A DNA stretch of 63,207 bases, filler included, from Octopus bimaculoides (Eukaryota): assembly GCF_001194135.2 (NCBI RefSeq). It is 8 parts of 7 records of this genome, joined end to end, with 100 filler letters (N's around TTAATTAATTAA, not from the genome) between each part and the next. Parts side by side here need not be neighbours in the genome. Positions count along the whole stretch, not along the records: positions 14,158 to 41,354 come from NC_068988.1; positions 41,455 to 44,680 come from NC_069004.1; positions 44,781 to 53,797 come from NC_068992.1; 5 more parts are not named here. One strand, given 5' to 3'. The notes below the pieces were generated by a model that saw only the letters and a list, made by a program, of their open reading frames with translations, was not told the origin of the DNA and did not search any database. The first letter of the stretch is position 1. Every line of letters begins with the position of its first letter. Both the position numbers and the translations under genes were made by a program. Below, piece by piece: positions 40,786-51,596 of the stretch.

Positions 40786-41179
40786 CTACAATATACCAAA
40801 TGAAAATTTCAAGAATTTCATGTTCAAGAAAAAACATTTAAGAAAAAATATATTATTTCCAAAAATCAAGTCACTGACATAATCAAGGAGGCCAGGTTTT
40901 AATGTCTTAGAAGTTCGAACAATTAAAATAATACTCTAAATTAAGTGGATTCAAGGCTAAGATTCACTTTACCCCCAAGTTATGCGAAAAAGGAAAGGAG
41001 AAATGGCGCCATAACATTGCATGTTTTAATTCTCGCGCTTTTTTAAAGATGAAATAATTCAGATTCGTCTTGTATAGATTACATGGTTCGGATTACTTTC
41101 GGTTAAATAAAACAGTTCACTACTTATTTAAACGAGATGAGAATTATGCAATCACACACGAACGCACACACACACATAT

Positions 41180-41350
41180 ATATACGACGGGCTTCTTTCA
41201 GTGTCCGTCTACGAAATACACTCACAAGTCTTTGGTCGGCCCGAGGCTATAGTAAAAGACTCGCTTAAGAAAGGTACCAGGCAGTGCGACTGAACCCGGA
41301 TCCATTTGGTTTGGAAGTAAACTTCTTACCACATAGCCACGCCTGCGACT
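41180..41350 (-). mobile_element. SINE family B, 5' half
   Basis: gacgggcttctttcag...ggtcggcccgaggctatag...cttaccacatagccacgcctgcg. Confidence 0.8.
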
Positions 41351-41454
41351 ACATNNNNNNNNNNNNNNNNNNNNNNNNNNNNNNNNNNNNNNNNNNNNTT
41401 AATTAATTAANNNNNNNNNNNNNNNNNNNNNNNNNNNNNNNNNNNNNNNNNNNN

Positions 41455-41499
<45 letters not shown>

Positions 41500-41583
41500 C
41501 AAACACACACACACACACACATATATAAACACTATTATATAGTGAAGGCGCGTGGCTAAGCGGTGAGGGTATCTAAGAGATAT

Positions 41584-42110
41584 CTAAGAGATACCACCAT
41601 ACTTGAAATAGCAGTCAAAATCTGACTCTAAAACCACATCTAATATTCAATACAGCACAAGGTGAAAAGACAAAAGACAAATAGACTAGTAAGAATTGGA
41701 TAATTCCAGACCCTGGGTTTCTGGCCATGTATAAAAATGTACTCTGCCGTTGTCAATGAAATATACCATGATTTGTATATAAATACACACATATATACAT
41801 AAACATACGAATACTCACGTATACGCACATTTATACCTGACTCTAAAACCACATTATATTCACTGCGGTGGTATTTTGGCAATATAGCACATGGTGTCTG
41901 GAAGGATAACTGAATGTACAATTCAAGGTATATTTCATTGATAACGACAGAGTATATGTTTATACATAGTCAGAAACCCAGGGTCTGGAATTATTCAATT
42001 TTTACTGATTCATTTGTCTTTTATCTTTTCACCTTGTGCTGTATTGAGTACTTGATGTGGTTTTAGAGTCAGGTTTTGACTGCTATTTCAAGCATGGTGG
42101 TATCTCTTAG
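41584..42110. repeat. Long inverted repeat: 184-bp arms around a 159-bp spacer
   Basis: 41584-41767 pairs with 41927-42110 (ctaagagataccacca...gaaatatacc / ggtatatttc...tggtggtatctcttag) with scattered substitutions. Confidence 0.9.
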
Positions 42111-42170
42111 CTATTCTTGTTTATAATTTTATATATTTATATATATATATACACATTTATACACACACAG

Positions 42171-42201
<31 letters not shown>

Positions 42202-42707
42202 TGTATGTATGTATGTATGTGTGTGTGTGTGTATGTATGTATTANNNNNNNNNNTATGTGTGTGTGTGTGTATGTATGTATTATGTATGTATGTATATTG
42301 AGTCGGTAGTAAACAGTAGATTTATGTGGATTGTATATGACGAAATCATTAACATACAAAGTATGAATGAATGCACAAGAAGCAAACACATAAATAACTG
42401 AGAATATTTTGATATGTCCTTCATTTCTATTGGTCAAACTGAACTCTATTGCTGGTGAATCTGGTATACATTATTAATATTATTATTCGTCCTTGTGGCA
42501 AATTGTTTAATCAATATTATTTACCTTTATTATTCATGGTTTGGAAAAAACGTCATGTGTTCCGTTACTTACATTAAAAAGAATTAAGTATATCTTGGAA
42601 AAACATTAAAACCGTTCAAGGTTAATAAATAATGAGTACGAATACCATAATAATATATTCATATCTGTGTTGTTATTTTATAGAGAAGTACCTAATGCCT
42701 TAACATT

Positions 42708-43765
42708 ATTTTTATATCCAAAGGCGGCGAGCCGACAGAATCGTTAGTACGCCGTGAAAAATGCTTAGCGGCGTTTCGTCCGTCCTTATGTTCTGAGTTC
42801 AAATTCCGCAAGGGACCACTTTGCCTTTCATCCTTTCAGGATCAATTAAATAAGTACCAGTTGAACAGTGGAGTCGATGTGATCGACTAGCCCCTCCCCT
42901 AAAATTGCAGGCCTTGTGCCTGTATTAGAAAGGATTATTTATTATGACTGAAGACGGCAAGCTGGTAGAATGGTTAGCAGGCCGGACAAAAGACCTAGCG
43001 GTCTTTTACCCGTCTTTACGTTCTGAGCCCAAATTCTGCTGGGATCGACTTTGCCTTTCATCCTTCGATAAAATAAATACCAGTTAAATACTGGAGTCCA
43101 TGTAATCGACTACCTCCCTCGCCAAAATTCCAGGCATTGTGCCTATATTAGAAAGGATTATTTTTATATCCAAAGACAGCGAGCTGACAGAATCGTTAGC
43201 GTGCCGGGTAAAATACTTAGCGGCATTTCGTCCGTACTTCGCTCTGAGTTCAAATTCCACCGGAGTCGACTTTGCCTTTCAACCTTTCGAGGTCGCTAAA
43301 AGAAGTACTAGTTGAAAACTAGGGCCGACGTAATAGACTAACCCCACTCCCCGAACTTGCTGGCCTTGTGCCAAAATTTGAAATCCTTATTTATATATCC
43401 AAATAAGGCGACATCGGGCAAAATGCTTAGCGGTATTTCGTTCGTTGTCTGGTTCTGAGTTCAAATACCGCTGAGGTCGACTTTACCTTTTATCATTTCG
43501 AGATTGGTAAAATAAGTACCAGTTAAGCACTGGGGTCAATGTAATCAACTTACTCCTTCCTCTCCGAACTTACTGGCCTTGTGCTAAAATGTGAAACTAT
43601 TATCTATGTATCCATATAAGGCAACGAGTTAGCAGAATCGTTAGCAAAATGCTGAGAGGTACTTCGTCCCTCTTTACGTTCTGAGGTCAAACTCCGCCGA
43701 GGTCGACTTTACGTTTCATCCTTTCGAGGTCCATAAATAAGCATCTGCTGAGCACCAGTGTACCT
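42708..43765 (+). repeat. Head-to-tail array of five diverged SINE family A copies
   Basis: Heads near 42721, 42953, 43173, 43405 and 43618. B-box gagttcaaattc-like motif in each; 15-30 bp AT spacers. Confidence 0.88.
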
Positions 43766-43974
43766 TTACGTTGGTAAAATGTTAAATGTTTGGATGATAA
43801 ACACTTTCTTGAACTGTTTTCTAATTCAACAACTAAGTCGGTATAATTTTTCATCTTTTCTTCTCCTTACTTTGCACATCAACGTTAAAGTTCTATAGAA
43901 ATTCTGTCATTTATTCATATACACAGTATTTTCACTTCGTTATTTTCTGAGACAGGGGAGAATTATTAGCAGTA

Positions 43975-44145
43975 TACTCTTTTATTCTTTTACTTGTTTC
44001 ATGCTACGGCCATGCTGGAGCACCGCCTATAGTCGAGCAAATCGACCCCAGGACTTATTCTTTGTAAGCCTAGTACTTATTCTATCGGTCTCTTTTGCCG
44101 AACCGCTAAGTTACGGGGACGTAAACACACCAGCATCGGTTGTCC
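43975..44145 (-). mobile_element. SINE family B, 3' half
   Basis: cggccatgctggagcaccgcc...gcaaatcgaccccaggacttattc...gttacggggacgtaaacacaccagcatcgg. Confidence 0.85.
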
Positions 44146-44264
44146 TTCATAACTTTTCTCAGAAATTTGAAACTCTATGATTAGCCATATGCAGAATAGA
44201 TTTGCTACATAGTTCTGTTTAGCAGTATATTCTATGAGATTTCGTAATCATTATATGTGACTAA

Positions 44265-44475
44265 GACGGCGTGCTGATAGAACGGTTACTGCGCCGGACG
44301 GAATGCTCAGCGGCATTTCTTCTAGATCTTCGTTCTGAGATCAAATGATGAAGAACGCGACTTTGCCATTCATCCTTTCGGGATTGATGGAATAAGTACC
44401 AGTCGACTACGGGTGTCGATGCAATTGACTAGACTCCTGCGCCAAAATTTCAAGCCTTGAGCCTATAGTAAAATG
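44265..44475 (+). mobile_element. SINE family A, decayed
   Basis: gacggcgtgctgatagaacggttac...catcctttcgggattgat...aataagtaccagt. Confidence 0.75.
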
Positions 44476-44565
44476 GATAATATATTCTTCTGAAGTTTAT
44501 TACTATGCAACCATATGCCATAGCTTGCATTGCCAATTAGTTAAATCGCACAGATCGTAGTCTTC

Positions 44566-44634
<69 letters not shown>

Positions 44635-44780
44635 TCGTTTTATTGGCCACAAGGGCTAATATCAATTAAAAACATATAAGNNNNNNNNNNNNNNNNNNNN
44701 NNNNNNNNNNNNNNNNNNNNNNNNTTAATTAATTAANNNNNNNNNNNNNNNNNNNNNNNNNNNNNNNNNNNNNNNNNNNN

Positions 44781-46440
44781 AGGCATATGATATGATGCCT
44801 TATTCTTGAATCGTGGAATGTCTGCGGATGTTTGGTGTTGCTGACAACATCACAAATTTTCTGATATATAGCATAAAAGAGTGGAAAACCAAATTGTACT
44901 CAAGTAATGTATTCCTTGGAGAAGTTAATATTAAAAGGGGAATCTTCCAAGGTGACTCGTTTTCTCCGTTACGTTTTGTAATTGCACTAATACTCATAAA
45001 AATGACACTTAGGAAAGCTAAGATGGGTTACTGATGTGGGAAGAAAGGCCCATCACTGAACCATCTTCTGTTTATGGATGACCTGAAATTCCTTGGGAAA
45101 TCTGAAAAAGAGATAGATTCCTTAACCAAAACAATCTAGATGTGTGGTAGGGACATCGGTATGGAATTTCGTATTACCAAATGCTCAGTACTTATTATGA
45201 AAAGAGGGAAGAAACAAGCCTGCAGAGGATTGCGGTTACCATCAGGAATGAATATCTGGGCAGTTGCGATGGTGAGATATAGTGTGTCCATCCTCAAATG
45301 GACTAAGGAGGAAATATTAACACTAGATAGAAGGACGAGAAAGTTGATGACGCTGCATGTGGTGCTACACCTTAAATCAAACATAAACAGACTGTATATG
45401 AAAAGAAAGAATGGTGGCAAAGGACTAATTAGTATAGACCATTGTATAAGGAGTGAAAGGAGAACGCTTGTCAAGTATTTGATAACTAATGAAGACCTGC
45501 TGCAATATACCGCCAAATATATGGATGTAAATGCAGATGAAATGATGGGCAAGGAAGAGTTTAACCAAAGAGATGAGGAGAAAAGAAGACCATGAAAGGA
45601 GAGTGCATGGACAGTTTGAAAGGAATACACAAGACGCTAAGTATAATACAATATCGTGGGCATTGCTTGAGAGAGGGCATTTGAAGCGTACCACCGAAAG
45701 CCTGATCACTGCTGTACAAGATCAAGCCCTCACTACCAATTCAGTGAAGTATAACATCTATAAAACTTCTAGCACCCAGAAATGCAGACTCTGTAAAAAA
45801 GTGTGGAAAATGTGACCCACTTGATAAGTAGATGTGAGATCCTTGCACAAAAAGAATACAAGCACCGCCACGATAAAGCGTGTGTGTATCCCCATTGGCT
45901 CTTATGCCGTAAATACCAATATGAAGTAACAGAGAACTGATATGAGCATAAAGTAAAGTTATGCAGGAGGATGGAAAAGTAACGATACTCTGGGAGTATG
46001 ATTTTCAGACGGATCGTGCAATCGAATACTGTCGGCGAGATATTGTCATATTGAATAAGAGAGACAAATACTGTCAGATCATTGATGTAGCCATACCAAA
46101 TGACATGAATGATGTGAGTAAAGAGGTTGAAAAGATCACTAAGTACTCCGAAATGAAAGTGAAAATAGCAAGGCAGTATGGAATGCGAGAGGGTAATGCA
46201 AAAGTGATACCAGTAGTGATCGGAGCGTTGGGGCTCAATCCCGTTGAAACTTCAAGACTTCTTAAGGCAAGTGGAAATCCCATGCAAGATTGATGTCTTG
46301 CAAAAAGCAGCCTTATTGGACACAGCACACATCTTAAAGAAAGCATTATCTGTCTGAGGTCCTTGTTGTGACTTGACAGATGATTAAAGACTCCGGTGCA
46401 TTTTTACCTACACTGTGTTACGAAGGAATAATTATAATAG
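44781..46440 (+). mobile_element. RLE-type non-LTR retrotransposon (R4/Dong-like), 5'-truncated, with stops, frameshifts and an internal deletion
   Basis: RT motifs RGIFQGDSFSPL and LNHLLFMDDLK, thumb LYMKRKNGGKGL, CCHC knuckle KCRLCKK...THLISRCEILAQKEYKHRHD, RLE IIDVAIPND...EKITKYSEM...VIPVVIGALG, then a 3' UTR. Confidence 0.93.
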
Positions 46441-46665
46441 AAATCAACGTGGCTGAAAAAGATTGGTACAAATGTAAAGGTAGAACACCTACAAAAGTCA
46501 GTATTGCTTGGAACTGCAAGAATTCTTTGCAGAGTTCTTGAAGCATGACCAGTAAACAAGTGTCACCTTAGTCTGCTGGTTGTGGACAGCTGACACTTTC
46601 CATCATACCCAGCAAAATAAGCAGTGAGTTTTCATCAAATAATAATAATGATAATAATAATAATT
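46441..46665 (+). mobile_element. 3' end of a second RLE-type LINE with (AAT)n tail
   Basis: WLKKIGTNVKVEHLQKSVLLGTARILCRVLEA* (canonical LQK..LLGTARILR.VL end), a short UTR, then aataataat. Confidence 0.85.
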
Positions 46666-46866
46666 TAAAATTTTAGCACCACGCCAGCAATTTTGGGGGT
46701 GGGGATAAGTCGGTTACATCGACACCAGTCTTCTAATGGTCCTTATTTTATCGCCCCTACCCCTGAAAGAATAAACGGTAAAGTCGACCTCGGTGGAATT
46801 TGAACTCAGAACGTACAGACGGACGAAATGCTTAGCAGCATTTCGTCCGGTATGCTAACGATTCGG
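46666..46866 (-). mobile_element. SINE family A
   Basis: aaagtcgacctcggtggaatttgaactcagaacgt...ctaacgattc. Confidence 0.85.
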
Positions 46867-46979
46867 TAACAACAACAATGATAATATCCACCGTTCGTTT
46901 GCGGTCCACTGAGTTCTCTCGTTATGAGAAATTGATCAAAATTTGCGCTGTTTTTAAAAGCTAATATATTTCTTTCTAG

Positions 46980-47014
46980 ATGAGGTCGCGCCATGTTATA
47001 TCGACAGTATTTAA
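46980..47014 (+). CDS. Candidate terminal coding exon ((D)EVAPCYIDSI*)
   Basis: Branch-like ctaat plus atatttctttctag|ATGAGGTCG. Phase-1 entry gives DEVAPCYIDSI-TAA. Confidence 0.27.
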
Positions 47015-47496
47015 GGCCTGTCATGATTTCATAAGCAATAATTGAAGCATGCCTGTTTAATAGTATAGACTCTCAGTGTCTCTTGGTCTTTTGAACTAGT
47101 CCAGGCACTAAAAGCGTTCGTATGAACATCAGTTACGCTTTACAGACTCTTGTTTGTCTCTCGCTAACCTAAAACCACTTTAATATATATAGCATCAGAG
47201 TAAATATTTTCCAAGATTTCTTCATTTACCAAACTCTGAAGAATGTCGTTAAATATATTCAGCGTTAGCAGTACACGTGTGTATGTTATTCTCTCTCTTT
47301 TTACTTTTTTTTTTTTGCATTTTACGCATTTATTTGTTTAATTTTTCTCACTTAAGTGTATCGGTGTGTGTTCATGTATGTATATGGATGTGCGTATGTA
47401 TGCGGGAGAAAGACTGTTTAATTGTGTGAATGTATGAATACATATATACACGTGTATATACGTACTTATTTTTGTGTGCGTGCGTGTGTGTGTATC

Positions 47497-47546
<50 letters not shown>

Positions 47547-47717
47547 NNNNNNNNNNNNNNNNNNNNGTATCTATCTGTATTTACGAAACAAAATATCACT
47601 TTAGTTAACAAACAATATATCAGACTATCAAACAATCTATCTCCCCCTCTTTCTTTCCTTCGTTCTTTCCTTCTTTCTTTCTTTCTTTCTCTCTCTCTCT
47701 CTATCTCTCTCTCTCTA

Positions 47718-47749
<32 letters not shown>

Positions 47750-48564
47750 AAGCACACATACACATCTTGTTAAATGTTACTGTAGCAATATATATGTCTA
47801 ACCTTCACATTTCCTTCTCCACCCATTCCTCTTTGAGCACCTCTCCTTATTTCCCCTCCACCTCTCTCTCTCTCTGTGTCTCTCTCTCTCTGTCTCTCTC
47901 TCTGTCTCTCTCTCTCAAGCACACACATACACGCACACACACGCACACACAATTATGCGCACGCACATATAAATACTGACATATACACTGATACACTTCC
48001 TTGCTCTTAGTCACAAATATATTTATAAATGAACTTATAAAATATTTATTTTTTTCCGGTCACAGGGGAAATAAACGAAATGACATCAAAACCTATCTGT
48101 ATTATCTGCTTCACTAATACTAATAAGCGATATTTAACAGCGGATGACAGGATTTCATAAATATGGAAGCGAAAACACGAGGTGTGTAGTTGATATCAAA
48201 CCTTTTTGCAAAGGCGCTAATCCCTTGAATTAAATGGATAAGCTAAAGTATTGATCTTTAAACATTTTTCATTCATGACCCCATTTTTCATCACGGGCTT
48301 TTTCGCGACTCCAGGTATTAAATATAAGTTTGTGAAAGAACATATACTTGTTTCGGTCATATGTTTGAATTTAATTTTCGCGACCACATTTCGGGTCGTG
48401 GCCCATAGTTTAAGAAACAACTAGCTAAAGTATTAATTCTTGACCATTTTTAACATGTGAACCCCTTTTATTCCTAATTTTACTCGGGTGGATCCTCCAT
48501 TCGATGTCTAAAATGTCCCGTTCTATTTTCATCCGTAAATATTATTAGGAAATATACAAAATAT

Positions 48565-48983
48565 TGTAGTAAAGATTGTTTGCCAACATAACATCGCAGT
48601 CCTGGTTTAGGACGAATGTTGGTGTAATTTAGCCCCAGGAGACATCGTCTCCAGCTGGCTATACGACACGATCTCTGTCCTTATACTTTCAAACAAGGGA
48701 ATCTTGCACCCCAACTCAGCTCCAAACAATATCTGTGTATCGCGATTTCTGGGTTATTTCTCTTCATCAGCACAGAAAAATTGCTCGGCTAGTGGTGGCG
48801 CTGCCAAATTCCCGTTCGAAATATAGTTACTGATTTATAAATTAGAAAATTACTATTTTTAAATCTTACAACGTCGGATATTCAGCAAACCAGGACTGCC
48901 ATGTTATGTTGGCAAACAATCTTTACTACAAATACTGTTGCTGAATATCTCACGTTGTGAGATTTAAAAATAGTAATTTTCTA
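48565..48983. repeat. Interleaved inverted repeats with an embedded hammerhead-like motif (probable PLE terminus)
   Basis: 44-bp IR 48565-48608 / 48887-48930; 46-bp IR 48843-48888 / 48938-48983; hammerhead-like motif at 48733-48775 on the minus strand. Confidence 0.75.
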
Positions 48984-49290
48984 AAGTACGAATATTATTG
49001 AACTATTTTGTGTATTTTAAAACTGTGACCAAATTTATTGATCATAAATTTTAACCAGAAAACGCTGTATTGACCCCGAAGCGTCATACGGACCCCGGGT
49101 GAAAGCCAGTGAGCCAAAAGAAGAAACCGAGCTCAGGATTCAGGATTTGGATCTCCGAAGGGGATTTGCGTTTATTCTAGAAGCAAATAAATGCAATGAT
49201 TAACCGGAAAGTTTCATATAATTTAAGGACTGACAGATACAATGTTGGGAATTTCATGACAAACTTTAATTAGGGTAACTGAGGTGAGTG

Positions 49291-49585
49291 AAGGCGCATG
49301 GCTCAGTGGTTAGAGAGTTGGGCTCACAATCACGAAGTAGTGAGTTCGATTCTATGACCGAGCTGCGCGTTGTGTCCTTGAGCAAGACACTTTACTTCAC
49401 GTTGATTCAGTTCGTTCAGCTGTAAAAAGGAGTTGCGATGTCACTGGTGCCAAACTGTATCGGCTTTGCCTTTCCCTTGGCATCGAGAGGGTAGGCTGGT
49501 ATGCATGGACGACTGCTGGTCTTCCATAAGCAACCTTGCCCGGACTTGGTCCTCGGAGGGTAATATTCTAGGTGCAATCATGAAC
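49291..49585 (+). mobile_element. tRNA-derived CORE-type SINE family C
   Basis: A-box tggctcagtggttag, B-box gagttcgattc, CORE-like gtccttgagcaagacactttacttcac. Confidence 0.85.
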
Positions 49586-49818
49586 GAAGTGGGGGCGGGA
49601 TTACATTTATATTTTACAACAGCTTGAAATACCTGCTGAGAATTTGAACGTAGGACATATTGGTTCAGAGTCTACCTATCCTTGTTCATTTACTTTTCTA
49701 GAGACACAGGAAAGACTGAATAGAAGAAAGAGAAACAATAGAAGAGAAAGGAAAGACTAGATAGACATAACATAACTACAAGAGAGAGTGAATGGGAGGG
49801 AGGGGTGATGCAGAAATT

Positions 49819-50262
49819 CTTTTCTACTTTAGGCACGAGGCCTGGAATTTTGGGGGAGGCGGCCAGTCGATTAGATAGACCCCCAGTACGCAACTGGTAC
49901 TTCATATATCGACCCCGAAAGAATGAAAGGTAAAGTCGACCTCGGTGAAATTTGAACTCAGAACGTAAAGACGAACGAAATACCGCTAAGCGTTTTGCCC
50001 GGCGTGCTAACGACTCTGCCAGCTCGCAGCCTTAAAAGATAAAATATTCTTTTCTACTCTAGGCGCAAGGCCCGAAATTTTTGGGGAGGGGGCCAGTTAA
50101 TTAAAACGACCCCAGTACGCAACTGGTACTTGATTTATTGATCCCGAAAGAATGAAAGGCAAAGTCGACCTCGGCGGAATTTGAACTCAGAACGTATAGG
50201 CAGACGAAATACCGCTAAGCGATTCTCCTGGGGCGCTAACGTTTCTGCCAATTCACTGCCTT
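49819..50262 (-). mobile_element. SINE family A dimer with 16-bp TSD
   Basis: Two full monomers. GGGTGATGCAGAAATT at 49803-49818 and 50263-50278. Confidence 0.9.
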
Positions 50263-50463
50263 GGGTGATGCAGAAATTGTGAAAGAAAAGATAATAAAGA
50301 AATTAATGAAAGGAAGAGGGAAGGAAAGAAGGAAGGAAGCGACAAAAGAAAATGGCGATTCCTTCTTCTAGACTTGATCAAAAGCATATTTTATTTTCCG
50401 ACAAAACTGATTTTCTGCGAGAGTATTAAATGTTGTTGGAACTATTGTTGATGATGTTGTTGT

Positions 50464-50494
<31 letters not shown>

Positions 50495-51402
50495 AATGAT
50501 GATGTTCTTGTCGCTGCTGTATTTGATATTAGAGTTGTCGCTGCTGCTGCTGCTGCTGTTGCTAGTGCCGCCATTGTTGTTGGGAGTGCTGATCGTTGTT
50601 GTTGCTGTCGTTGTTGTCATTGTTCTTCTTATAGCTGTTGCAATTGCTATTCTTGTTCTTGTGGTTGCTGTTCTTGTTGTTGTTGTTGTTGTTGTTGTTG
50701 GTAGTGGTGGTGGTGGTGGTTGTGGTAGTGGTGATGTTGTTGTTGTTGTTGCCTTTGCCTTATTTCTATTATTGTTGTTGCGACTGTTGTTGTTGTTGTT
50801 GTTGTTGACGCCGTTGCAACTATTGTTGTTGCATGTTATTTCGGGTTATTGTTGTTGTTGTTGTTGCAGACGCTGCTCTTGTTGTTGTATTTATGACGTA
50901 GACACAATGATAGAAACCCGATGACGCTGCCATGTACTTCCCCTGTTATTACCAACAAAAGCCTTTTCACTCACAGAATAACGCCGAACAACGATCACCT
51001 TTATTAAGAACAACAGCTTCCGATAGATTATTCACCAACAATTGTTAATAATACTGTACACATAGCCAGGTTACACTGATCTCTCTCCCTCCCCCTCTCT
51101 CCCATTCCCCTTCTCCCATCCTCGTCTTTCATTCTTCTCATTCTTTTTTCTTTCTTATGCCTATCTGCCTTTCATAATGTCTTCCTATTTGTCTTAAATC
51201 TTTCTTTCATTCTTAATTTCAGTTTTCGTTTCTTTCTTTCTTCTTTCCCTCCCTGTCTTTTTTCTTTCTTTTTCATTGTATCTTTCTGACTTTCTTTCCT
51301 TCCTCTACACTTTATTTCTCGTCCTCTATCTTTCTTCATTATTTTCATTTAATCTTTACCTATCTTTATTTATCTTCCTTCTCATCCATCCATTCATCTA
51401 TC

Positions 51403-51459
<57 letters not shown>

Positions 51460-51559
51460 GTCTATCTATCTGTCTGTCTATCTGTCTGTCTGTCTGTATG
51501 TCTGTCTGTCTATTTATATATATGTCAGCCCCCTCTCTCTGTATATGTATATATATATA

Positions 51560-51596
<37 letters not shown>

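Noticed and set aside
42708-43765. Regularly spaced repeats superficially like a CRISPR array
   Set aside because: Units are about 210-bp diverged SINE monomers in eukaryotic DNA, with no short constant repeats, unique spacers or cas genes.
49291-49365. tRNA-like sequences with A and B boxes (also heads at 12904 and 31808)
   Set aside because: They continue into SINE bodies and lack a full cloverleaf, so they are SINE heads and not tRNA genes.
50368-50924. 164-aa poly-L/M/V/G ORF and antisense poly-T/S/A ORFs
   Set aside because: Compound trinucleotide microsatellite with no start or splice context.
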